A DNA stretch of 64,000 bases from a bacterium (GTDB lineage Bacteria > Bacteroidota > Rhodothermia > Rhodothermales > UBA10348), in contig JABMOI010000004.1 of the NCBI GenBank assembly GCA_013204185.1, forward strand, positions 5,272 through 69,271. The letters are read 5' to 3'. Made by a program: the position numbers and the translations under genes. Below are positions 46,709 through 55,500 of this stretch, in pieces; position 1 is the stretch's first letter, and each line of letters opens with the position of its first letter. Under the pieces are notes generated by a model that was given only the letters and a program-made list of their open reading frames with translations, was not told the origin of the DNA and searched no databases.

Positions 46709-48229
46709 ATGCCTGAATCGTTTAACGAGCCACCATTTAGACCGCAAGTGAGTACGCACTCCTCGTCGAATGTGCCTGCCATTTCCAACTCCTCCTTGCC
46801 GGCTGGTCGCATACCGCCGCAAGCGGTACAGGTTGAACAATCGGTATTGGGAGCCATGTTGCTCGAACGGGATGCCATTCCGAAAACGATTGAAATTCTG
46901 CAGCGCGGTTCGTTCTACACCGAGCGTCATAACCTCATTTACGACGCCATTCTGAGCCTTTTTGAGCGAAGTAATCCGGTAGACATGATTACCCTCGGCG
47001 ACGAACTAAAGCGCCGCGGCACTTTGGATCAGGTAGGTGGAGCGTACTATCTCACGGAATTGACATCCACGGTAGCAACAGCTGGCAACGTCGAATACCA
47101 TGCACGTATTCTAGCGGAAAAGTCGCTCCTTCGAAAGCTAATCGAAACCATGACGACGGTGGTAGGACGCGCCTACGACCCCACGGCCGATGCGTTCGAA
47201 TTGCTGGATGAAGCTGAAAGTGACATCTTCAAGATTTCTGACTCCCAGCTCCGGCGCGCCGCTACCTCCATGAACGACGTTCTCAAGGAGACGCTCTCTA
47301 GGTTGGAGTCCATTCATGGTCGTGAAGGTGGTATTACAGGCGTACCGAGTGGCTTTAAACGAGTTGATCAAATGACGGGAGGGTGGCAGCCATCTGACCT
47401 CATCATTATTGCAGCTCGACCCTCCATGGGTAAAACGGCCTTTTCGTTGGCCATGGCTCGAAATGCAGCTCTCGACCTCGAAAAGCCGACCGCTGTTGCC
47501 ATTTTTTCGCTGGAGATGAGTTCGGGACAGTTGGCCCAGCGTCTACTCACTTCCGCGGCCCGGGTCGACGCCCAGGCTGCTAGAACAGGGCGCCTGAGCG
47601 ACGACGACTGGCCGCGTCTGGCACGAGCTGCTGGCAAGCTGTCAGAAGCACCTATTTTCATTGACGATACACCCGGCTTGACCGTGCTTGAGCTTCGGGC
47701 GAAGTGTCGGAGGCTTAAAGCTGAACACGATATTGGACTCATTATCGTGGACTACCTCCAGCTAATGCACGGATCCGGTGGCGGAAAAAACTCCAATCGA
47801 GAGCAGGAAATTGCTCATATTTCAAGGTCTTTGAAAGGATTGGCAAAAGAACTTGATGTGCCAGTGATCGCTCTCTCCCAGCTCAGTCGAGCCGTAGAAA
47901 CTCGCGGAGGAGACAAACGCCCACAGCTTTCAGACTTGCGTGAATCGGGATCGATTGAGCAGGATGCAGATGTGGTAGCCTTCATTTACCGAGCTGAACG
48001 GTATGGAATTACGGTCGATGAGAACGGAAATTCGACTGAAGGTCTGGCCGAACTCATCATCGGAAAACAACGAAATGGACCGATTGGTGATGTATCTTTG
48101 GCGTTTGTTCACCAACATGCCCGATTCGAAAATCTTACAACCTATTACGGCCCAACGGATTACGTCCCTGAAACAGGTTTCGATGAAGTGGGAGCTTTAC
48201 CTCCTGGACCGGATTCAAGTCCTTTCTAG
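46709..48229 (+). CDS. dnaB: replicative DNA helicase
   Basis: PPQAVQVEQSVLGAMLL, Walker A AARPSMGKTAF, IIVDYLQLM, SQLSRAVE, IIGKQRNGP. Confidence 0.96.
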   Translation: MPESFNEPPFRPQVSTHSSSNVPAISNSSLPAGRIPPQAVQVEQSVLGAMLLERDAIPKTIEILQRGSFYTERHNLIYDAILSLFERSNPVDMITLGDELKRRGTLDQVGGAYYLTELTSTVATAGNVEYHARILAEKSLLRKLIETMTTVVGRAYDPTADAFELLDEAESDIFKISDSQLRRAATSMNDVLKETLSRLESIHGREGGITGVPSGFKRVDQMTGGWQPSDLIIIAARPSMGKTAFSLAMARNAALDLEKPTAVAIFSLEMSSGQLAQRLLTSAARVDAQAARTGRLSDDDWPRLARAAGKLSEAPIFIDDTPGLTVLELRAKCRRLKAEHDIGLIIVDYLQLMHGSGGGKNSNREQEIAHISRSLKGLAKELDVPVIALSQLSRAVETRGGDKRPQLSDLRESGSIEQDADVVAFIYRAERYGITVDENGNSTEGLAELIIGKQRNGPIGDVSLAFVHQHARFENLTTYYGPTDYVPETGFDEVGALPPGPDSSPF

Positions 48230-48276
48230 CTTGTATATTTTCGGACCTAACTTCCTGCGCCAACTCGCGCTTGTTC

Positions 48277-49476
48277 ATGATCGACCCTAAGCAGTTTTAT
48301 CGGAAAATGGATCGAATGCTGGCTAGAATAGCCAGTGAAGGACAAGATGGCCGGTTTTTACCGCGCATCCTGGATGAATTGGTCCGTTTATTTGGGACTG
48401 AGCTCAATTTTGGCAACGGTCACATGTACCGCGAATTGTTCGGCGTGTACGAACTGCTACACACCACGGGCTCGGTAGACATTTTTCCTGCGCGGCTCTC
48501 GGCCGCAGACCCCGCCGTCTTGAACGTGCTCGCTCACGGAGCTTTTGTGTTCGAGACGCCTAGCGAAATTCCTAAGTGGTTTGCCCCTACACCAAATGAT
48601 GCTGCCGAGTTTATAGCCTTTCGAATTGATGGCCAGCCAGGACATCGGTACTTGTTTCTCTTTTCCCTTCAGGAAGGTTGGGTCCGAGACGAACTCGCCT
48701 TCTGTCTGAATGGGGTTCGGTTTTCACTCAATTACAGATTGAAATCCGATGCTGCGCAAAGCGAGCTAGATACCGCGGCAGCTATTCAAAACAGTCTCCT
48801 CCCGCAAAAAGCGCCTAATTTTGCAGGGTTCGACATTGCAGTTCGTTCTCAACCTGCTGAAGCGGTTGGCGGCGACCTCTACGATTTTATCGAGCTTGAG
48901 GAGGACATGATTGGCCTCGCGATTGGCGATGCGAGTGGTCACGGGTTGCCGGCAGCACTCTTGGTTCGAGACGTCTTGATGGGCATCAGAATGGGAGTCG
49001 GGTCGAACCTCAAGATGATGTACACGCTGAAAAAGCTGAACAGGGTATTGCACGAAACCACGTTTTCGACGCGCTTTGTATCCGTCTTTTTCTGCGAGTT
49101 AAATACAAATGGCGGCTTGCTTTATGCAAACGCTGGGCACACCTCGGGTCTTATTTTGCACGATAATACCATAGTAAAGCTAGATCCAACTGGCCCCATT
49201 ATGGGCCCCCTTCCCGATATTCCTCTGGAGCGTGGCTTTGCCGACATTCCACCCGGTGGCATCATGGTGCTTTACACCGATGGCATTACCGAACGCATGG
49301 AAACGGACGGATCCTATTTCGAAGAGGAAGGGCTTATCCGTTCTATCCTCGAACATCAACATGAATCGGCAGCCACAATTGTAAGCCGGGTGTTCGATTA
49401 CGCTCTGTCGCTAGACCACCAATCTGACGTCTTGGAGGACGACAGTACGCTCATGGTCATAAAACGCGACCGTTAG
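48277..49476 (+). CDS. SpoIIE/RsbU-type PP2C serine phosphatase with N-terminal sensor (GAF-like) region
   Basis: AVGGDLYDF, GDASGHGLPAALL, LVLYTDGITE, DDSTLMVIKR. Confidence 0.85.
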   Translation: MIDPKQFYRKMDRMLARIASEGQDGRFLPRILDELVRLFGTELNFGNGHMYRELFGVYELLHTTGSVDIFPARLSAADPAVLNVLAHGAFVFETPSEIPKWFAPTPNDAAEFIAFRIDGQPGHRYLFLFSLQEGWVRDELAFCLNGVRFSLNYRLKSDAAQSELDTAAAIQNSLLPQKAPNFAGFDIAVRSQPAEAVGGDLYDFIELEEDMIGLAIGDASGHGLPAALLVRDVLMGIRMGVGSNLKMMYTLKKLNRVLHETTFSTRFVSVFFCELNTNGGLLYANAGHTSGLILHDNTIVKLDPTGPIMGPLPDIPLERGFADIPPGGIMVLYTDGITERMETDGSYFEEEGLIRSILEHQHESAATIVSRVFDYALSLDHQSDVLEDDSTLMVIKRDR

Positions 49477-50195
49477 CTGGCGGCAGGTCCCGTTTTTCCG
49501 CGGATTTTGAGGTTGAGCATCTCGACAAACACCGAGAATGCCATTGCGAAATAGATGTATCCGCGAGGGAGATGAAAATCTAGCCCTTCGCCAATGAGCG
49601 CAACGCCAACCATGAGCAGGAAGCTTAAGGCAAGCATCTTCACCGTCGGATGGTTTTCGATGAACGTGGACACGGCCTCGGCGCTAACCATCATGAACAG
49701 GACGGCCACAAAGATGGCTGCAATCATGACCGAGATGTCTTCCACCATTCCCACGGCAGTGATAACGGAATCAAGCGAGAATACCAGGTCTAACAGGAAA
49801 ATTTGGACCAGGACAGACCCAAAGGTAACCGCCTTCCCGGTGCGCGCGTGATCTTCCTCGCCTTCCAGTTTGTTGTGTATTTCGTGCGTGCTTTTAGCCA
49901 GCAAAAACAGCCCTCCGCCTATTAAAATGATGTCTCTACCTGAAATGGCGACATTCAACAGCGTAAAAACGGGGGCGGTCAAGCGCATGATCCAGGCCAA
50001 AGAAAGCAATAAGCCCACACGTCCAAAGAGAGCCAGTGCCAAACCAAAAAAACGAGCTCGTGGCTGCTCTTCTTTGGGGAGTCTCGATGACAGAATCGAA
50101 ATAAAAATGATGTTATCCACTCCCAGAACGATTTCTAGGGCGGTAAGTGTTCCAAATGCGATCCATGCGTTAGGATCAGTTAACCAATCAAACAT
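49473..50195 (-). CDS. TerC-family integral membrane protein
   Basis: ALEIVLGVDNIIFISIL and a second LDLVFSLDSVITAVGM repeat; about 7 TM helices. Confidence 0.9.
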   Translation of the reverse strand: MFDWLTDPNAWIAFGTLTALEIVLGVDNIIFISILSSRLPKEEQPRARFFGLALALFGRVGLLLSLAWIMRLTAPVFTLLNVAISGRDIILIGGGLFLLAKSTHEIHNKLEGEEDHARTGKAVTFGSVLVQIFLLDLVFSLDSVITAVGMVEDISVMIAAIFVAVLFMMVSAEAVSTFIENHPTVKMLALSFLLMVGVALIGEGLDFHLPRGYIYFAMAFSVFVEMLNLKIRGKTGPAAS

Positions 50196-50408
50196 AATCG
50201 TCGGCGTTTGTGGGGATCGCCAAATATAGCGCCGAGAATAGGACTTGCGCCCAAATCCAAGTTCGCGTTTATCTAAATGGGCCGCGACGCCAGAAAAACA
50301 ATCGGGATTTGATAGCTCGAACCAGCTTACGAAATAGGCTCATCATAGGACTTGGTTGTATGGGAAGAATCCACACTCTACGACTGGTTTCGTTGCAAGA
50401 TGCATCAA

Positions 50409-51320
50409 TCAATATGGGTATCCCAGCGGCCTCGAAATGTCCTCAATATTCCACTCCTGTGTATAGAGTCCGACACTCCCAAAAAATCCGTGTCCGTTCT
50501 GCACATTAGACAGCACGCCTGGTTGCGCGAGTACCTCAGGGTCGAACACTCCTTCTGGCGGATTCCAATTGCTATCCAATATCCGAATTCGTAGCCCCAT
50601 CGCGAACAAATGGTGTGTTCCAGTGGGCGTAAGAAGACCCGTGTCAATGGCCCACTGCACCCGATCCCAAACCTTGGGTTGATCCTCTGAAATCGTGGCT
50701 CGAACGCGCCATCCTCCATCCGAAGTCCGCTCGCCCTGCCTGCCATAGGGTACGTAAACGCCTTGCTTCGCAATCCCTCCTTCCCACCAATAAAACACAT
50801 TGATATCCCAGGGGGATGGAATGCCCGGAATTTCGAAATCCTGATAAACCAGGGTCGAATCATTTTCCCAGACCACGGGCGCTTTGACAAGCAGCGTATC
50901 TGAAACGGTGCCAGGTACGGTAGTTTCTGCGGTGGTCATCTTGCCATCAGCCCGAATCACCTCCAGTCGATACGTTCGCTTGGCGTCGATTATAAATGAG
51001 CTAGAGAATATGTGCCCATACGTCCCATCTTCCAGCTTCTCGAGATGATAATTCCAACGCCTTCGTGTCCCATTGGATAGATCAACCGAGTACACTTCAG
51101 CGTCTATTTCGGCCTCAACAGGATTCACGATGTTCTCTGGAAAACGTGTCACCGGAATGACTCGAACAGAGTGGTTCGAGCTGAGTTGGTCCAAATATCC
51201 CCATACAGTGAAGTATTGCTCCTCGTTCTCAAAGGGGTCAATAATAGTATCGCTACAAGCAAGCGAGCCCAGAGAAAGCGCGCAGAAGCAGCTCAAGGCA
51301 AGTATCTGTAGCCGATTCAA
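50409..51320 (-). CDS. DUF4249-like lipoprotein, paralogue 2 (TTG start overlapping upstream stop as TTGA)
   Basis: Lipobox LGSLAC, YFTVWGYLD..., YRLEVIRADGKMTTAETTVP and C-terminal GVLSNVQNGHGFFGSVG, resembling the DUF4249 C-terminal SN-x-GG-G-FG motif. Confidence 0.55.
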   Translation of the reverse strand: MNRLQILALSCFCALSLGSLACSDTIIDPFENEEQYFTVWGYLDQLSSNHSVRVIPVTRFPENIVNPVEAEIDAEVYSVDLSNGTRRRWNYHLEKLEDGTYGHIFSSSFIIDAKRTYRLEVIRADGKMTTAETTVPGTVSDTLLVKAPVVWENDSTLVYQDFEIPGIPSPWDINVFYWWEGGIAKQGVYVPYGRQGERTSDGGWRVRATISEDQPKVWDRVQWAIDTGLLTPTGTHHLFAMGLRIRILDSNWNPPEGVFDPEVLAQPGVLSNVQNGHGFFGSVGLYTQEWNIEDISRPLGYPY

Positions 51321-52228
51321 AACGCGTACCCTAAATCACGAGAAAGACCGCCGATTCGCCATTCTTGGATGTACAATCCGACGCTTCCAAAAAATCCGTA
51401 CCCATTTTCCACATTGGACAAAACACCCGGCTGAGCAAGTACTTCAGGATCAAAGACTCCATGCGGAGGGTCCCAATTTTTGTCGAGTATTCTGACCTGA
51501 AAACCCATCGTAACAATTCCATAGGCACCGCCTGGTGGAATCATGTTAATGCTCTTTGCCCAGTCTAGGCTTTCTTGGACTTTGGGCTGATCTGCAGAAA
51601 TATTGAGTCGAACGCGCCACCCTCCATCTGGGGTGCGTTCCCCTGGGCGACCGTATGGAATTAGGTATTTAAACGCCTGATCACCGCCTTCCCATCTATA
51701 AATGGCTTGAATTTCCCACGGCGATGCAATGTCACGTATTTCCACGTCCTGATACGCAAACGAGGAATCTGCATTCCATACAACCGGACCCCTTACCATC
51801 AGGGTATCCGAATCAAGGGACTGAACCCGGGTTTCCGCAGTTGTCATTTTGCCATCTGCTCGGATCACTTCAATCCGATACGACCGTTTGACGTCCACCA
51901 AAAAACTGCTTCGAAAAACGTGTCCATAGGTGCCATCACTTAGTTGTGCCAGCTCGTGATTCCACCTTCTTCGCACTCCAGAGGTAAGGTCTACTGAGTA
52001 CACTTCGGCGTCAATTTGAGCTTCTGGCTGCGTTGGATCGACTATATTTTCAGCAAACCGCGTTACCGGAATGACCCGTATTTCGTGCTCTGTGCTGAGT
52101 TCGTCGAGGTAACCCCAAATGGTAAAGTATTTTTCCTCGTTCTCGAACGGATCGATTAGTGTATCGCTACACCCAGACCAGAGCGATAGAGCTACAATTG
52201 GAAGAAATAAAATGGCTAGCGTTCGCAT
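51317..52228 (-). CDS. DUF4249-like lipoprotein, paralogue 1
   Basis: Lipobox LWSGC. Collinear with the neighbour at roughly two-thirds identity by eye (CSDTLIDPFENEEKYFTIWGYLD..., VIRADGKMTTAETRV..., GVLSNVENGYGFFGSVG). I prefer ATG 52228. Confidence 0.55.
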   Translation of the reverse strand: MRTLAILFLPIVALSLWSGCSDTLIDPFENEEKYFTIWGYLDELSTEHEIRVIPVTRFAENIVDPTQPEAQIDAEVYSVDLTSGVRRRWNHELAQLSDGTYGHVFRSSFLVDVKRSYRIEVIRADGKMTTAETRVQSLDSDTLMVRGPVVWNADSSFAYQDVEIRDIASPWEIQAIYRWEGGDQAFKYLIPYGRPGERTPDGGWRVRLNISADQPKVQESLDWAKSINMIPPGGAYGIVTMGFQVRILDKNWDPPHGVFDPEVLAQPGVLSNVENGYGFFGSVGLYIQEWRIGGLSRDLGYAF

Positions 52229-52520
52229 GGTGTCCTGTTTCGGAAGAATGAAGCGCAAAGGTCCTTATTTTGGGCTTCATTTTCTCACGTATCTTGGTGT
52301 ATTGTGGACTGACGATCTTAAACAGTGAAATAAACCCTTCAAACGGAAAACGACGCGCCTGAATTTTCATCCATTCATACGATGCATATGCATAGCTCTT
52401 CTCATCCTGAGTTCCTCTGAGGTCTCCTGGGGTCAGTCTACGCAATCCGCCACCGACTCGGAAGCTCTTCGGCAAATTGCAGCGTCCTTTCGGAAGGACT
52501 TAGTTCGGAACGCCGGGCAG

Positions 52521-55500
52521 TTGCCTACTGTTGGGGCGGCAGGAAAAGCATCAGATTCTACGGGCACAATCCTACAATCGCTTGGCCTGCTCGGCGGCCG
52601 GCCGCTAATCTATACAACTCACAATATCAAGGCTTCCGCCACGGTTGGCGCCGATAAGCTCAATTCAGGGGGAGCGTCAGGATTGAACTTGGACGGAAAA
52701 GGCAAGGTGGCCGGTTTGTGGGACGCTGGAAATGTGCTGACAACGCACCGAGAGCTGATTGGCCGAGCGAGCCAAAAAGACACCACAGCCACCGGAGCAA
52801 CTCACGCTACGCACGTGGCTGGTACGATGGCGGCAACGGGCGCTTGGACTATCGTTCGGGGCATGGCCCCCGAGGCGTTCGTGGATTCGTACAACTGGAT
52901 AGACGACGTACCCGAAATGGCTCTCGCAGCAGCGGACGGCCTGCGTCTCTCCAATCATTCCTACGGCGTTCCTCTTGGGTGGACTCCCAATTTCCAGGGT
53001 GATGGACTGTGGGGATGGATGGGAGACCCTGCAATATCTGAGCGAGTTGATTTCCATTTTGGATGGTACGATGCGTTGTCCGCAAAATGGGATGCCATTG
53101 CAGTTGCTGCTCCTTTCTATTTGATGATCAAGAGCGCAGGAAACGAACGAGAGCAGCAGGGCCCGAGAGATGGAGAGCCACACCATGTGTTTGATAACGG
53201 TTGGGAAATAAGCACCCAAGTCAGAGACCCCGATAACAATAAAAACGGTTACGATACGATAGGAGACGCAGGCCTTGCCAAAAACGTACTCACGGTTGGC
53301 GCGTCTGAGTCGGCTCCTTGGGGGGTTTATTCGGCAACCGATGTCGTCATGACCAGCTTTTCGAGCTGGGGGCCCACGGACGATGGCCGGATTAAGCCAG
53401 ATATCGTGGCGCCGGGTGTGATGTTGATGTCAGCAAAAGCTGCCTCGGATGAAGACTATGGTCCATCGAGCGGTACGTCCATGGCCGCGCCCGTCGTAGC
53501 GGGTTCCGCGTTGTTACTGCAGGAAATCTATGAACGGGAATTTGGTACGGCCCCGCTTTCATCTACCATCAAAGGCCTTATCGTCCATACAGCTCATGAA
53601 TCTGGACCAGCAGAGGGCCCCGACTACCAGTTCGGGTGGGGCCTTTTGAATGCAGAGAAGGCAGCACTACATCTGAATCAAGCTAGCATTTCATCCAAAT
53701 CTGCAGCGCCCATAGAGCCCTTTGCGGCTAAAGTGCTCGAATCCTCGCTATCCGCGAACACCGACCACGAATGGATTGTGACCGTTCGGGAAGCTGGACC
53801 TTTCCGGGCCACCTTGACATGGATCGATCCAGCGGCCGAGGTCGGCGAAGCAGCGCTCGACGACCCCACTTTGAAACTGGTCCACGACTTGGATCTACGT
53901 GTAACAGGACCCGACGGAGAGCACTACCCGTGGATCCTTGACCCGTCCAATCCGTCACGGGCGGCCGAAAGAGCAGAAAACCGTCGCGATAACGTGGAGC
54001 AAGTGTTTTTCATGGCCCAGCCCGGAGAGTATGTGGTTCGCGTGATGTCCCCACCAGCGCTCACAACCCCAGAGCAGTCGTTTTCTTTGCTGATTGGGGA
54101 GGCAGAGTCTGCCACAAACCAGACGACCTCCATTTCTGGGCAGGTTGTGCAAAAGAACGTGGGCATTCACGACGTGAAGGTTCAAATTCAGGGCCCAAAA
54201 TGGACCTGGTTCAAAACCTTGAAGGACGGCGTGTTTCACTTTTCCGACCTAGAACCGGGCGCGTACACCATCATCCCCGAAGATCCGATTTTAACCTTCT
54301 CGCCCGCTTCGGTTGAAGTTGTGTTGCCAGGTAATCCTGGTCGAATCGTATTCGAAGCAGAGCCGCCGGTCGAACTGCTTCGAGCAGAGCTCTTTCAAAA
54401 TCCCCGGCTACTTCACTCGAGAGAATACGAAGTGAGCAAGCCAGTTGTCACGGCGGCTGCGGGAGGGGTGTACGGCCTCACCTTTGTATTCTACAGTGCA
54501 AAAGCACCTCTAATTGATGGCTTAAAACTGCAGTTGGACGCGGAATTTGATGGGCGGGTTATGCCCTTTTCTGGTGTCAAGGGAAACCAAATGCAGGAAT
54601 TGAACATGGACTGGACTCTTTCTGCGATCGATGCTACCCACGTTTCGAAGCGCGTGCCAGCAATTTGGTTTGACGGAGGGGCGCAGGTGCCGTTCGATGC
54701 CAAGCTGCCCTACACCATTCGCACGCAGTCCGATCAAATTATCTTTGCAGACACTCTTTCTATTCGTGTCGACCGCCCAGACGATATGGCTCCGATTCCA
54801 TATCCTTGGTTTCGTCTGCCAGGGTTTAACTATGCACCGCCTGGGGCAGGGATGGAGGTTCGAGTAAGCTATCTCGACGGGAGCCCCATTCAAAACATGA
54901 CCGCGCTCATGCTCGACCGCGACAACGAATCCGTGATCTTGCATTCGTTTCCGCTTAGAGATTCAGGCAACATCGGAGAAGATTTTGATGTCGTTGCAGG
55001 AGATGGCCTTTTTTCAGCTAATTTTACGCCTAGGATAGAAGCCGACTACCGCCTAGCCATCCGGGCCAGGGATGTGGCTGGAAACGAGACTACGTTTATT
55101 TCAGACGCTTACTATTCGTCCGTTCCGTTCGCCACAAAAGGCGATCTCTTGTTCTGGACAACCTATGAGCAGGGATCCCGCACGAAGGCTCACGAGGCCG
55201 TTTTGAAAGGGCTGGAAATAGAATTCTCCTGGTGGGACGAATTGACCCGCGGGCAGATCAAAGAAAACCAGATCTCTGCCTTTGACCTCTTGGTATGGGG
55301 CCGGCACGAAGCCCCGATCAAGAACGAAGCAGACATGACGCTGGCCGCAGCGCACGTGGCGGGCGGTGGAAGTTTGGTCATTCTAGGGCAAAATCCGGTG
55401 AACGATGCGTCCCGTGATTGGATGGCGAGCACGTTTGGCGTGCAATTTGAAAAACGCATTGGATCTGGCCGCATCGTTATGGGCGCCAACGAGTTGCAAG

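Noticed and set aside
50196-50408. yybP-ykoY (Mn2+) riboswitch upstream of the TerC-family gene
   Set aside because: TerC-family genes are common targets, but the minus-strand leader lacks the conserved GGGGAGTAG-type and paired GGAGA/GACA core elements. I saw no four-way-junction-like complementarity.
52167-52475. 102-aa minus-strand ORF between the DUF4249-like gene and the protease
   Set aside because: It overlaps the paralogue's 5' end and the region that, on the plus strand, encodes the protease signal peptide. It has no motifs.
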